Shown: positions 37,131 to 53,509, counted from the whole stretch's first letter. The stretch: 63,985 bases of DNA, filler included, from Conidiobolus incongruus B7586 (GCA_000697335.1; 12 parts of 12 records of this genome joined end to end with filler, not necessarily neighbours in it), one strand, 5' to 3'. Numbers and translations are program-made. Notes: a model not told the origin generated them from the sequence alone.

Positions 37131-39714
37131 ATTAAATAATAATTATCAAGTCTTTTATTTTAATATTAATAAAATTTAGCCAAAAAATATCTAAATTTAT
37201 TTTAGATTTTCAAATAGCTTTTAATAATGAAATATTACCTAAATTAATTATTTATTGGTGAGTAAATTATATTAAAGTTAAAAAAATTATTTAAAATATG
37301 TTAAAATTTAAAAAGCATATTTTAACTATTATTTTTTTAATTATTAATAAAATAAAAAAATATTTTAATATATAGTAAATAAAAATAATAATATAATATA
37401 AATTAAAAGTAATTCTTATATACTAAAATTTCAATCTAAATTAATAAATAAAAATATAAAATAAGTACTATGTAATTTAACTAAAATCTCAAAAAAGTTA
37501 AAATATCTATTATTAAATAAAACCTATTATAATATTACTATAAACTTATATTTTTATGATAAATAATTATAGTTGATAAATCTTAAATTCTTTTATATAA
37601 TCCTATATTAAAACACAAATCAAAATATTAGATTAAGATAAACTAACCCCTTTTATAAATCTTTTTAAATAAATATTTTATTAATAAATAAATATTAATT
37701 TTATAATAAATTATAATAATATATCCTATTTTTATTGAATTCCCGNNNNNNNNNNNNNNNNNNNNNNNNNNNNNNNNNNNNNNNNNNNNTTAATTAATTA
37801 ANNNNNNNNNNNNNNNNNNNNNNNNNNNNNNNNNNNNNNNNNNNNTAATTGTAATAATATTTAAATTATTTATATATTTATTATTAATATATTAATTATG
37901 AATATATTTATATTACTATAGCTTAAATAAGTGATGATTTGATTAATTATTAATAAAAACTATATATCTTAATATTTTGAATTTGATTATTATGATTCTA
38001 GATTTATAATAGGATAATTTATTTATTAAAATAACTTTATATATAAAAATTAAAATAATTAAATAATGAAACTATAAATTTTATAATATAGTATATGATA
38101 ATTATATAATTAATTACTAGTAATCACTTTTAGATAAATGACAAAATAATTATGATATTTTTAGATTTTTATATTTAATATAAAAAAACTAAACTCAGTG
38201 ATATTTTTTAATTCTAAAATCCATATATGTAAAAAAACATTTAATAATTATATACAATAGGAATCAATTTTCAAATACTCATCAATTTTTTGTAAAATAC
38301 ATATTTGAATATTAAGAAAAAATTAATCTTAAAATGCAATAAAAGATTTATATTTTTTATTTAATATTATAACAATTAAAATATTGGTAAATGAGTTATA
38401 AATAAAAATCAAATAATTTATTTTTATTAATAATTTTTTGAAATAATTCTTAATAATTTTATCTATTGAATTTTTTTTAAAATATCAATATAGTTTAATA
38501 TAACCAATATATATAAAAAGTTTGTTTTTTAGTAGATGTAATAATATCAATATAATATTTCATAAATATAAGCACTTTTGCAAGGGTATAAATCACCATA
38601 TTATTTTAATCAAAATAATGTTATACAAATATATATTGAGGTACCGGTATAATATTTAATTTTAAAGATTAATATCAATGTGAATATAATAGATTAATAT
38701 TATTGTTTCATAACTAATATTGTTTTTTTGCAAAATTTGTTATTAAATATAGTAAGTATTACCACATATTTAAAAATAATTATCCATAATAAATGTATAC
38801 TAAAGTGGAATGAATCAATCAAAATATAAATCTTATTTACAATCAGTAATTTAATAAAATCAAGGAAGTAATTAATAAATTTCAAATTGCCTATGATTTT
38901 TTTATAAATATGCTAACAAAATCAACTTAAAAATTTTAATCAAAAGTCTTTGAAAATATTTAATTACTTTGTTAAAGTTTATCCTAGATATATACCGAAA
39001 TACAGTCATAAAAATATATATAAGAATTTAAAAATCTAATTATAGAAGAAGATCAGAAGTATTATAATAAAATATTAGATTATTTAAATACTAACAAGAA
39101 ATAGCTCACCTGACAATTTACTCATTTGATTATGAAAAGATATTTAAATATATTAAATGAGCGATATATTTCAATTAAAATTTCGTAATTTAAAATAATT
39201 TGTCATAAAATAAAAATATATATATTATTATTTATTATATTATTACAAGGTACATGATATTATAATTATACGAATTTTTAACTATAAATTTGAGATATTG
39301 GGTAAAATAGTTTTACTTAATGTTATTAATTAATTAATTAATTATGTTTTGATTAAAAGTGAGTATTATTTAATTTATTTTTTCATATATTATAATATAT
39401 TCTATATTAATCAAATTGATAGTATTTATTAGATTATATTTGAAAGTAATAGAAAAATATTTATTAAAACCAAATAATGAAAGTAATATAGTTTATTTAT
39501 TATTCAAATTAGATATAAACTTTTAAAACTTTTTGTCAAATTGATTTTTATTGCTAAATTTATTTATGTTTTTGTAAATGCAAAAATTCAGTATATATTA
39601 AAAAATTTAAATTATTTAAGTTAATAGGTTTTTTTATTGACAGTGATTAATTTTCATAAAGAATAAGAAAAGAATTGCTTTTTGGAGAGTAATCAGCTAT
39701 AATAACAGATAAAT

Positions 39715-40404
39715 GTGAAATTATTAAATATAGCAAATTATTTTAGATTATTCTTATATTTATAATTTATATATATAATAATTAAATATAAAAAAATTTA
39801 AAATTTATAACTATAAGAAATATTAATAATTAATTTATTAGAATTTATATGAAGTATAAAATTTATAATTTTTTTTAAATTAATTATTCTTTGTCATATC
39901 TTAGTAAAATTTCTAATACTAGAAATATAATTTTTTGATAAAAACAAAAATTTAATATTTTATGAACTAATTTAATTTTTTTTCAAAGAATTTTTTCCTT
40001 GAAGAGTATATTTTTTAATTGCCCAAAGGAATTATTATCATATTGGTTATAATTTAGTAAATGTACTTGAGGTAGTAGTTTATTTTAATTTTACTTATAT
40101 AGAAAATATATTATAAGTTTAGTTTCAATACTTTATATTTATTTTGTAAAATTATAAATATCTATATTTTATAATGAATTATTATTAAAAAGTTGTCTTA
40201 TAAATTAATATTGAATGAAACTTATTATTAATTCGTTAAATTTTAAAATTAATTCAAAAACAATATGTCATTAAAATTATGATATAATAAAAGACATTTG
40301 CTTATCAATGTAATATTTGGTTATTGGAATTTATAAAGGAGATTATTTAAATTTAACCTTATATTTAATTTTATTTTAAAATAAATATTTTATAAATATA
40401 CCTA
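39715..40404 (-). mobile_element. Highly degenerate mariner 3' half
   Basis: Reverse complement near 40000-40080 reads LLPQVHLLNYNQYDNNSFGQLKN, consistent with LPHP.YSPDYNPCDYNCFGQLKN. Confidence 0.65.
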
Positions 40405-42947
40405 NNNNNNNNNNNNNNNNNNNNNNNNNNNNNNNNNNNNNNNNNNNNTTAATTAATTAANNNNNNNNNNNNNNNNNNNNNNNNNNNNNNNNNNNNNNNN
40501 NNNNTTATAATAAATATTAAATTCCCTAAATTATTCTTTATTTGAAATAAAAAAATAGTTTTTAATAAATAGTTTACTTTAATAATGAATTACAAAGTAA
40601 AAATAAAAATTAATTATTAATATTTGAGTAAATTTTAAATAATATCTATTCTAGGTTTAAAATGGTGAATCTAATAATAAATGGTAGATTTAGATAAAAT
40701 ATTATCTTTATAAGCTATTGGTAAATTTTAAATGATTTTATAACGTCTATGGTTGAGTTTTAATAATAATATAACAATAAATTTCTGATAACCATTATCT
40801 AATTTATATGTGATTAAGTTTAACCTTAAATTTTCAATTAATAGTATTTTAATTGAAAATTAATTAGAAAATATATATATTAACAAGATTAATAAAAATT
40901 ATTAATTTTGAATATAATTAATTTTTAAAATTAGCATTATATTTGAAAAATAAGATAGTAAAAAATTTGCCATATTTTTCTTTCCAAATTAATATTTTAT
41001 TTAAATTAGACAATAATAGAATATTTTTGTAATAAATAAGAGGAATATCTATATAATTAAGTAATATATTTATGTTGAAATAATATTTGCAAATTAATCA
41101 AATATTATAAAAAGAAATATTATTTAATGCAATAATTTCAGTTATATCATTTGTACTATAATTTTTATTATGTATTAATAGATTTCAATTTTTTTATTTT
41201 TCCATATGATCACTATCAACATAAAGATATTATTTAAAATTAATCATATATCAAAATGATAATTAAATGAATATCATGTGTTATATGTGTAATTACAAAA
41301 TTGAGTTAATTAGTTAGTTAACGGGAACAAATTTGAGTATTGTTAAGTAAATATGAATTTATTTATAGAATATATATTCGGAAATGAGTATCAATATAAT
41401 GGATTATTAATTATTGTGCCTAAATCCATTGTAATTATGTATATTTTTGCCTAAATATAAATTGGTTTATCCCCCTAATTAACACAATATATCAAATCAA
41501 TATTATCTATTTTCATTAATTATATACTTAATAGCGGAATTTAAATTAATGAATTAAATTATATAGGTATATAAATAGAATTTTATAAGATTTGATTACT
41601 GATTAAAAGTTAAAAATTGGACTTTTTTCATTATAGCAAACAGTAAAGTTAGTGGAGTAGAATGTTTCATATTCATGTCTGGAGTTAAAATAATAGTTAT
41701 AATTCATATAATACTAAAAATAATTAGATTTGGATATATATATATTAGAAATTAGAATCAAAAGAATAAAATATTATATAACTAAATACTTATAATTAAC
41801 TGGTTAATTATCTGAATTGAGGATTAATTAATACAGCCATTACACGTTTGTATTTACCAGTTTTGTAAGCACAGCATTGTTGGTTTGAATATATATAAAA
41901 ATATTATTGAAATATTACTGTTTCATAGTATCCCTGTATATTAAAAGCTACTATTTAAATTTCTATATATATATATATAATATCACGGTGAATTTTGGTT
42001 ATAAAAATTATTAATATTATTATAATTAAAAACACTATCCAATAAAACTGTCAAATTATTTTCATTCAAGGTATGAAAGAAAATCTATATATTGTGTTAC
42101 AAAACAATGCAAAGCAAGAATATATTGTTTTTCATGACATATTTTTTCAAAGTGTGTTCATGATATGATAATTAGATTCTTATATTATTATCTCACATAT
42201 CATCTTTTGATTAAAATAATCTTAAATTGTTAAACAATAAATGATTCAAATTCGAGCTCTTGAAGATCAATGCAACTTGGCAAAATCCATAAATTTCCGA
42301 TAGTCTAGTAAGGAAAATATTGACTAAATTTCGAATAATATCATTAGTATATTTGGTTTTATTATTATACCAGCAATTTTGAAATAGAATCATAAACACT
42401 GATTCATAATTAATTAACAAAACATATAAATGCTTTTGAAGTTAGAATGAAACCTATATTGAGTTTTTGAATTGAAATTTTCAAAAGGACAACTGATTGC
42501 CAATAAACTCTATGTTGCAAAGATTCTGTACAATATTCATATGATCTCACAAATTCATATGCAAATGCTTTATTTCCCTTGAAACTCAACAGTCTTATTA
42601 ATAATTGTCCGATATAAACCCTTAAAAACTACAAATTATAATTCAATTCTTATTTAAGTACTATCTAAAAATGAAAAAAATATGACTATCAATTTTATCA
42701 AGATTTATAAAATAGTAAATTTGGAAATAAACCAAAAACCATTTTTTTTGTACTTTAGATTATGCAATTTTAATAAAAAATAAACCAATCAACGAAATTT
42801 AAATTAATACTTTTATTATTTAATTAAATTTAATCAATGCATTTATATAATTTAATAAAAAAATTTTTTTATTTAAAATTTATGATATAAATACTTAAGC
42901 ATTGACAATTATCAAACCATTTTTAATCTTAAATTAAGAAAATCAAA

Positions 42948-44839
42948 ATGAGATCTAAGCAAAGTTGTGGCGAATGCACTCGTCGAAAAATCAAGTGCGA
43001 TAGGGGATCGCCTTGTACCAATTGCGAAAAATTCAACAGTTACTGCTACTACGTGAAGAAGGAGGTTAAGTTGGACAATGGTTGGAAGGAGTTGACTAAT
43101 GGGACGCTGACAGAGACCCACTTCCAGTTCGAACTGATGCCGTTCAATGGCGGTGGCGATAAATTAAATTTGGGGGGATTGAGCAGATATCGGTTTAACA
43201 AGTATTTGAAATTGGAGAGAAGGTTGGCTGGTTTGAATTATACTTTAAATAAATTAGTGAATCAAAGTATGGTAGATCCTAAAATTGAAATGTTGTTGGT
43301 AAGTTTTATGAATAGTCATAGTTAGAATTTATATACTAAAAACTAGTTAGAGTGGCTTTGATTTTAAACTTTACGAAAATACCATTGGGACTCAAGTGGC
43401 TAAAAAAGTTGTAAAGACTCGACCTAGATCCAAACTTCATCATCCCGACGTGAATCCTCAAATGAATGAACTCCTCAGCGATTTGGTATCTATGAGCTTC
43501 GACTACTGTATCATGTGTCCCGTATCTTTCGATACAATTCAAAAGTGTTATACCAAATCCGGTATTAATTCGTACTTGGTTATGGCTCTCGCAGCTTGTA
43601 TGCTACCTCATTATCTCATACTAAGAGGAAGATCGGAGAGGTTAGAACTCGCTGATAATATCTTTTATTTGAGAGCTTTGCATCTATTCAATAATCCAAA
43701 TACCCCATCTATGGAGTTGGTTTGGGGCTCTCCTTCTCTACTGCTGCTGGAATTACAGTTTGGAAATATTTTAAGCGCTTTAATTCATTTGCAAAAGCTC
43801 ACATCGTAAGTTTTTAAAAATGAGTTAATTGATTTATATTAATCCAGTATATGGTTATAGTACATGCTTAGAATTGAGATTACACTGTTTGGACGAGAAT
43901 TTCTCACAAATCCCCAAGTTAGATCCATCAATTAGTCATAGTGAAATACGAAACGGATGGTGGGGATGTTTAGCTTCAGAAGCTGTAGCGTCCTTACTAT
44001 TTCTCCGACCTGTGAACATGGAGCCAAGTCCAAGACAAACGCAAATTCCGCATCCTCACTTCAATTTCAGCCCATCACCATTTGATTTGTTCAACGACGG
44101 AGAATTTAACCATCATCACTCATTCACTGACTCTTACTACCAAATCCACTCCAACTTCAATAGCTATGCCAAACTTACCTGTCTTGCTGTATACATTGGC
44201 AAAGCTTTGAATATGTACTTGAAATTCTATACGAATATTCCAGACCAGGTGAATATTTACCAGGATTTAAAGTACAAGTACTTCTCTCTGTTCGCATCTG
44301 TCGATGGTCAATTCGGACTACCTATGTATATGGAGAAACTGCAGTCTAATCCAGAATTTTACGCAACATCTGCGCATTTGACATCATGTGTGACTTACCA
44401 CGGTCTGAACGTCATTTCTTGCTTAATTGAAAGTAAGTTGGACAAAGAATTCAACCAGTTGGGCCACTCCAACGCAGCACTGCATCAAGCCAAAACCCAT
44501 GCTATGAATTTACTCAGCTTTATCAAAAACACGATTCTTCTACCCAACTATCCAATGCCCACAATCGATATGACTGACTACTACATCAGTTCTCAAATCA
44601 TCCCAGTGATTCTTCTTCAACTTACAAAAGCTTTCGTCCCTGTACAATCCTCCAGCGATCTGGACAATTTGAAGCTTATAGCAGCGATCATTCAGAAGTA
44701 TTCAATATTGAGTTCAGCTTACGAACTTTACTTCGAATGGTGTCAGCATATTATCAAGCATAACGGTCAGTTCAGTTTCTCCAAAGTTCAGAAAACTGAT
44801 AATACTATGGTTATTGGATTGTTGAGGGAGAATTGGTAA
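42948..44839 (+). CDS. Zn(II)2Cys6 transcription factor (about 594 aa). Exons 42948-43298, 43351-43805, 43861-44839
   Basis: CGECTRRKIKCDRGSPCTNCEKFNSYC zinc cluster and a middle homology region (LELRLH..D...EIRNGWW). Two in-frame GTAAG...AG introns. Confidence 0.92.
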
Positions 44840-45225
44840 ACATAATAAATTTGTAATAGTATTAATCAAAAGTATTTAATTTTAAAATAATTTTAAATTT
44901 ATCAAGATATTATGAAGAGAAACTATCTTTTCACTTTCAAGTTCCAAAACACTTACGATATTCTGGTTATTAAACTAATTATGGTCCGTTTATTTGTAAC
45001 CAAATCAGAATTTGTGATGTTCTAAGTATCACATTCAAGTGTTTAAAACTGTAAAATATTTTAAACTATATTGAATTTCAAATTTTATAACTAGTGAATT
45101 TTTACCCGAATTTAACCATTTGAAGTAAAACCAAATTTAATGTTGAATCAACAATAATTTTTTATACTTGATAAATTTTTAAATATATTATTAATATTAA
45201 TGTATCAATGTTGATTAAAATATCA

Positions 45226-45230
<5 letters not shown>

Positions 45231-45260
<30 letters not shown>
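45231..45260. repeat. (TA)n microsatellite
   Basis: Uninterrupted TA run. Confidence 0.95.
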
Positions 45261-45264
<4 letters not shown>

Positions 45265-48169
45265 GCATTTCTCTCACAGAATATTTTATTAATTTACTAA
45301 TATATTTTAGCTAAATTTATAATTATTTGGACTTTGATTAAAATAGTATATTAAATTTCAAATTTAGATGAATGATTCATTTAATTAAAAATTCAATTAA
45401 TTAGGAGTTAACTTGGCTATCAAATTAATCCTAAATACATATTAATTTTTACATTGATTAATCAACATTAATTAGGATATAAACATATTGAAACACAATA
45501 ACTATGATCTGCATCAGTTTGAATACATAATATTCAAAAAAAATTACCAAAATTAAAACATGTGAAAGATATTAATTTTCAAAATGTTAATTCAAGTAAA
45601 AATTAAATTTAAATGAGTCAAAATAAGTTCAATTAATCTGATATCATACTTTAATTATAATAATCATTATAATCCATATGATCATTATAAATATTTGAAA
45701 AAAAATATTAAATAAACTAAAAAATAAATTAATTAAATATTTTTAATATAAGAAAATTAACAAAAAAATATATAAAAAGTTTTTATAAATATTTTTTAAT
45801 TAAATTAATAATTAAATATTTTTTTAATATTATAAAACTATATAGCTATATTTAATAAATAAATATTGAAAATTATAACGTTTAAAAATTTAATATAAAT
45901 ATTTTTACATAATATTATTGATATTAATTTAAAATTATATCACTTATACCCTGTTTAATTTTATTAATAAATAATATAAATCTTTTAGTTGAAAATAGCC
46001 TAAAATATAATAATTTAGTAAAGTTTTTAAAATATTAATTAAAATTTATTATTTTATAATAATAATAATAATAATATAACCTTTGAACTTTATTAATTTA
46101 TTTGAATTTAATTGTTAATAAGTAAATAAATTATATCTAAGAATATAATAATAGAAATATATTAAAAGAGCCAATTTAAATATAAAGATTTATAGGGTAT
46201 AGAAAATTGTTTTTATATAATATATATATATATATATTTTATTACCATATTTTATTGATTTTATCCCCTAATGATATTAATTATATAACTTAATATTTTC
46301 TCTATAGTAATTGAATTTATTAGAAAAAAAATAATAAATTTTGTAGAGATTATATTTAAAAAAATATATTAAATTTCGATATTTATATTTTTAAAATAAA
46401 AATGGAATAATTTAATAAATTTACATAGTGATCTTAATTATTTATTGAATATAGAATATTATTCAATATTTATTCATTATTCATTTAATTTTTAAATATT
46501 TAAATATGATAAATTTTTACTAAGCAAAATAAATATTTTTAATATATAAATCTATTTGGTATATAATATAATTTTATTTTGATATTTTATATTCCTTAGA
46601 ATTATTTTTAATAATGGATAATATTAATACATTATATAAATATATTGCTCTATGCTATCTAGATATTATAGAGGAACGAATCAGATATAATTAATAGTTT
46701 TATATAAAATCTATTTTAATTTTTTTATTTTAAGTAATATAATATTAATTATCTTTACTAGAAATAAGTTAATAAAATCACTAACTCAAATTTTATTCAT
46801 TATTTTATATTTTTTTTTAAATTTTGTATTGCTTTTATATACCTTTATATTGAATCAGATATTTATTATTTTTTTTGAATAAAATTATAGAGTTTAAACT
46901 CTTTATTATATTTAATATATAAAATATAAATGAAATCTATATATTCTAAAATTTAATATTCAATATATTGAAATTCAGGTAAATTTATTGAATATCTTTT
47001 TTATTTAGTATTAATTATATATAAATATAAATAATTTTTTTTAAAATATTTTTTATAATATATTATATTAAATAAAAATTAAAATTAACAAAATAGACTA
47101 GTTGTTCTATCAAACGAATTAAATATCATATTATATATACTTAAGTTTTTTTATATTTTTATTTAAATAATCCAAATAACTTTTAATTATATAAAGGTAA
47201 TATGTGATAAAGGTAAGATAATATATAATAAGTCTTAAATCAGATGTGACATAAGGAATTGAATATATTGATGCTTATTTTTATGATTTGGACAGAAATA
47301 ATTAATATAATTATATTAAAAAAATTTTAGAAAATATTAATTAAATAATAATTATAATAAAGGATTTTTAAATTTAAGCAAATAATGATTAATGGAAAAG
47401 TCAGAATAGAATAATGAGATAATAAGAAAAAGTAAAGAAACTATGCTTATTGGTTAAACTAATTCTATTTATTTGATTAAATTAACTTTAAAACTAAATT
47501 ACTTAGTAAGTTCAAGGTTAATATAAATATGGAGTTATATATTAAAATCTAAAATTATATTTTTTTAGAAAATTAAAAAAAAATTGAAATTAAAGAATTA
47601 TTAAAGATCATAAAAAATATTATTAACCTTATTAATAAATTGTCAAAACTATAAATTGAAATGTTTAATATTCTATTGAATATAAAGATCATTGAGGAAA
47701 TATATTGATATAAAAAGAATTAATATAATTTTAGTGATCATTAATATAGATATAAGTCTCTAAGGGGAACAATAGTCCTATTTTAACTCTTCTAACTATT
47801 CAAGTCAAAAAATTGATAGATTGATTTAAAAACTTTATAAATTTTTAAAAAAGATTAAAATTATTAAATGAAATAAATATTAAAAATCTCAAATTATACT
47901 TTAAATTTGGCAATTTTATCATTGAATATATTATGATTTTATAAAGATAAAACTATAAAATAATTGTAATGTAATCATAATATATAATTATATTTCTTAT
48001 TAAAGTTTATATCTATTATATTATCATATTTAGATAATAAAAAATAAAATATTATATATAAATTACAGAATACTATATTAAACTGTCACTGATAAATGAA
48101 CTGTGACCAAAATTATTTTAATTAATTACCAATAAATATAAAAATCTGATATATATGATAAAAGCCATA

Positions 48170-49550
48170 TGATGTTGTCTTAAAACAATATAATAATTTA
48201 CGAGTATTACGAATTCTGGCGTAATAATCCTATTATCATCTTATCATCAGATTTCTTCACCCAGGAATGTCAATTGTCAGTTTCCCATGATGAATTGTTA
48301 GACTTGATCAGAACAACATTCATATACCAAAATAATGATTGTGTATCTTTGAATGGTAGCTGCAATGGGTTGGAGATGCTCAAGGTCGATTGCGGACCTT
48401 ACCAGGACGAACACTTTGGTGATTTGAAAGTAAACAATGGTGATGGCTACGAATTGAAATAATGGCCAGTCAGATCAGTATCTAAAGTGGGAGAGCTTGA
48501 GAGGAAGACCGTACTCTGGATAAAGTTTAAGATCTTTGTAGTGTGGGTTTTTACCTGGATAAGAATTTTGTCGGATTTGGACTCTTGTTAAACTCCATTT
48601 TGGGTGGCTTTCGGTCGGGTATATCAGCACCATTATGACTGCAAATAACACACACGATAACAGGGTCGTAGCAATTGTATACTATTCGAGATTGGACTTT
48701 GTTTTCTGCATCAGTCATAGGATGCCGAACTTGCCGTTCACTGATGTAAACAAGGGGAAGTATTTGTACCTCAATGTGTGGTAAGTTTCCACCTGGTCAG
48801 AGATATCATTGAAGATTTTGAGGTGCATGTTTAGGGCTTTGCCAATGTAGATGGATTAAAAACTAAACTTGAGGTAGCTGTCGAAATTGGAGATAATCTA
48901 GTAGACTGAACAGCTGAAAGCATCTCTATAAACATTGCTATCGCTGACCGAATTGAGTGTACAGTGATTGAAATTGAATTTGGGATGTGGGATTTATATT
49001 TATATGAGACTAGAATCATAATTAACAGGTTGCAGGGGTAATAAAGAGGCTACTATTTCAGAAGATAAACTTCTCTACCATCTACCTCGCATTTCACTCT
49101 GGGTTACGCTTGGATCCAACTTTGGGACGTGAGTAAATTTTTCAAATAGTTTAATCTAAATTTTAAGTACGTTCTATAAAAGTCAGTTCAATCAAATTTC
49201 TATTGAAAAATACAACTTATAATCTTTTATAAATGATTCAATCGTTTTCAACAATAATCATATTGTAATTTCAAACAAATTAAAATTGACATGCCCTGTA
49301 CCAACTCCAGCATTTGATTATTAGGACTGCTTTATAGTTTCAAAGCACAAAAATTAAAAATATTATCTTTGAGGTTCAATTGGTGAGATCGTTTTTTCTC
49401 GATATCAGATAATGTAGCAACATACAACAACAGTACAATTTACCAAATATGAATTAATTTCTGATTTCTTATAGAATTTATTGAGAGCATAGAAGATTAC
49501 GAGGATTATGACATATTACTCCTAACCTATTGCCATCAAACTAATTAGAA
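48170..49550 (+). pseudogene. Decayed gene of unknown family
   Basis: GC-richer island with protein-like + strand frames broken by stops. No family recognised and boundaries are approximate. Confidence 0.45.
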
Positions 49551-51174
49551 TCATATTCATGTCTGCATTCAATTCGGTGCGTTACTGTTTCAGTTTTGGT
49601 GATTTATTTACAGTTAGAAACTTTAGATCCGATGATATTTTTATAAAGACTAAAACAAACTATTCAAATTTTTAATTTATATTACTAATAAATATATGTT
49701 TAAAATTGGAAATTTTTTTTTCAATCTTTAGATTTAACTGATTTTGATTCATTATTTTATTCAAAATATAATTCAAATTTGCCAGTCTTTAATTTCATAT
49801 ATTTTTTAAAATTCTACCTGTTTTATTCTCTCATATCCATCTTATTCCTCCTTTGTAAAATGGTATTATTACAAATTCATACTTGTTATCGGTAAAAATC
49901 CCTTGATTCTACAGCTTCCACCAATTTTGCAACTGTACTTTATTTCTCAGTTAGTAGCAGCAAGTGTTAAACATTCAGCAGTTTGGTCAAGGTGAATCAC
50001 AATCACATTTTTACTTTCAGTGCCTTGGTACACAACAGTTTTGATTGGGCGCTATATTCTCTAATTTGTTTTAAAATTCATGGAATGATATCAAACTAGT
50101 TTTGTATAATCTTTTTTTAATACTTCTGTTATTATATCATTGTTTACAATAATTATCAACCCATTTAATTAATTAATGCTAATTAAGGAATGAGCCAATT
50201 AACATTGCGATGCATGAAATTCGTATGCTTTACAATGTTAGATTGATAATCTGTTTTTTCAACATTTACAAATTATTAAATTGAAATTAACGAATATAAA
50301 ATTCTTGTTATTATAATTATAAACTCATCTAACACAAAATTAATAGTGTTATCATACGTTGAGTTTAGTTAGAGCTTTTGAAGGTAAATATTTGAGTTTC
50401 CAAAACCTTAATTTTTATCGATTAAATAATATCAAGTACATAGTTTACTTTTTCCATAGGAATATTTCCAAAATTGAAGTTCGATGAATTTGAGTTGATT
50501 ATAACAGTATTGAGAATTTTGCTATAATTCATAAACATGAGATATATTTATAGTTTTACATGATTTATTGAATTGATTCACTATCCTTACAGTGTTCTCA
50601 TTGTCCTAATTTTAAATGGCAAATTATAATTATCATTTTAAATTCAATCATGACTTTCATACATTAATTTTCAATTTGAAATTTTAGTATACATATATAT
50701 AATAATTGATATAGTGATTGAAATAATAATTAAATATGTTAAATTGTAATTAATATATCAAACATTTCACCCAAAAATAGTATATAGTGATTTATTTATT
50801 TTTTCTAGTTATGGTATTTTATATTTTATGATTATCCACTGTTATGATGATGATAAATTTCGCCTAGGTACAGAAATTAACCCAAGATTTTAATTTTCTT
50901 TATGAAACAGTCTAATTATAATAATAATTCCTTTGTAATTTCAACAATCACATTTTATATTTTTCATATTTGAAATCAATCCTAACTTAATTATTTCCAT
51001 CTGATTGAAATAATTTGAGATATACTCCAAATTTCAGATTTTCTAATAATAGTATTATAATTAGAAATCAAAAATATTATTGATATAACAAAATTGTTTT
51101 GAATATTTTAAAGGGTATTTAGAATATTATAAAGTTTTTATGTAATTTTATTGAATGAAATATTTAAGTTATTA

Positions 51175-52489
51175 GTGTAGAAATTAAATAATGGTATAAT
51201 TTTAAGATTAAAATTAAACAAATAAATTAATAAATAATATATAAAAATTAATGAATAATATAAAATTAATAGCCTCCTTTATTATTAATAACTCTTTTCT
51301 ATACTTTTGGTAAGCTTCTAATACCTAAAAAACAGTTCTTGTTATTAAAAACTGAAATTTAATATTTTATAAATAAATTTAATTTGTTTGCAGGAATTTT
51401 TTTTCTTGTAAGATGTTTTTTTAATTATCTAAAATAATTATAATTATATAGGTTATAATCAGGTGAATATATTAGATGTGGTAACTCCCTCTAATTTTTT
51501 TTATATAAAAAATCTTTTATAGCTTTAACTTTATATATTTTATAATTATTATATAAAATTATAGGTATATTCAATTTATATTGAGAATATCATTTAAAAA
51601 TTGTTTTATTTAAAAATGTAATATATAACTTATTATTAATTGATTTTCATTGAGGTATTAAATAAAAAACTATATATCATTATAATCTATTATAACAATT
51701 AACATTCACTTATATTTAAAATACTTATTTATTAAAATTTATAGAGGGGATTGATTTAGCTTAACCTAATATCTTATTTTATTTTTAGGTAAAATATTAT
51801 ATAAAGGAATCTAAGATTCATTAATTATAAGTATTTATTGTAAAAACCTTTGTTTTAAGTTATACCTTAATAAGTTTAATTTAGCTATAGCTACTCTAAT
51901 TTTCTATTAGGTTTCTGTTAAATTATATGATATCCATTTTATATTTTTATTAATTAATTTAAGTTCAAACTTAAATAAATATAATATGCTTATATAATTA
52001 ATATTAAAATACTTTGATAGTTCTTTAATAGAATAAAAAGGTATTTCTTTATATTTTTCTTTACTTTATTGGTAAATAAAAGAATGATAATAGAAATTAA
52101 TCTTTTAAATTTTGGTAAATTTTGAATAATATCTCTTCTAGCTTTAAAATCATAAATTTAACAATATATGGTAGTTTTAGATAAAACACTATCTCTATAA
52201 GTTGTTTACAAGTTTTAAATGATTTTAGAGGATTTATAATTAAGTTTTAAAGATACAAAAATGAAAATCTTTTGATAATCATAATATAGTTTAAATATAA
52301 ATAAATTTAAATATAAATTTTAAAATAAAAATATTTAAATAAAAAAATAATTAAAATTAAATATATATATATATAATTTGAAAATATTTATTTTCCTATA
52401 TATTATATATATATATAAAATCTTTCAAAATATATAATATGTTTAAAAGATAAAAAATTTAAAAATTTGCCATTTTTTAATTTCTATAC
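51175..52489 (-). mobile_element. Full-length degenerate mariner (DD34D), 1315 bp
   Basis: TA flanks, TIRs GTGTAGAAATTAAATAATGG / CCATTTTTTAATTTCTATAC, and relic LPHLIYSPDYN. There are 34 codons between the inferred 2nd and 3rd Asp. Confidence 0.9.
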
Positions 52490-53509
52490 TAATAAATTAA
52501 ATTACAATATATGAATTTATAATAAAACAAATTCTAGCTCTATTTAAATATATCAATTACTTTCCATTTACTATGTTTCCCACTTATAAAATTATCTTAT
52601 TATATTGATTCAGTATTATAAACTTCATTAATGCTATAAAATCAAAGATATACCTTATTAAACTTATTAAATAGTATTTTCAAAACGATTAAAAAATTTT
52701 GAAAAATATTGTTGAATTATTTATATAAAATATTAATATTGAGCTAAAAATAAAGAAATTTTTTATTTTATTTTTTCTCTAATAAATTTTAAATCAATCT
52801 TAATAAAATTATTTAAATCTATTAATTTTAATATATATTAAATATAAAAATTAATTAAATATCAATTTCCAATATAAATTGATATATAATAATTAAATTT
52901 TAATGCTAATCCATAATTTAAATAAAAAAATGATGTTTATCATAATAAGTTATTTTGATAGGTGAATTTTTTAATAATTATTTTTATAATATCATTGTAT
53001 ATTGAAATTATATAACTATATAATTATATTATACAAAAATAATCTTATAAGTAAAAATTGATTGTATTAAGTTTAATAAAACTATTTAATTGAGATTTAT
53101 TATTATATATTAATATATGTAACATCATTATATTATTTCTTTGTTTTATAATATTAAGTGAAATTTAATTAAGTTATATATATTTAAATTCAATATTAAA
53201 ATATCAATTTCAGATTGATAAATAGACAAATAGATAAATATAGATATATAAAAATATTTAATTTATTATTAATATAAAATATTAGTTTCAATTAATAGGT
53301 ATATTTGATATTTTAACTATTTATTAAATTTCTCCGTTTAAGATAATTATTTCCTAATCTATTTTATTTAATATTGGTTTGATTAAAATATATATATTTT
53401 AATTAATATNNNNNNNNNNNNNNNNNNNNNNNNNNNNNNNNNNNNNNNNNNNNTTAATTAATTAANNNNNNNNNNNNNNNNNNNNNNNNNNNNNNNNNNN
53501 NNNNNNNNN

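Noticed and set aside
32724..42420. Short AT-rich ORFs (32724, 33933, 34453, 38700, 42211)
   Set aside because: Ile/Phe/Asn/Lys-rich chance ORFs, mostly with non-ATG starts.
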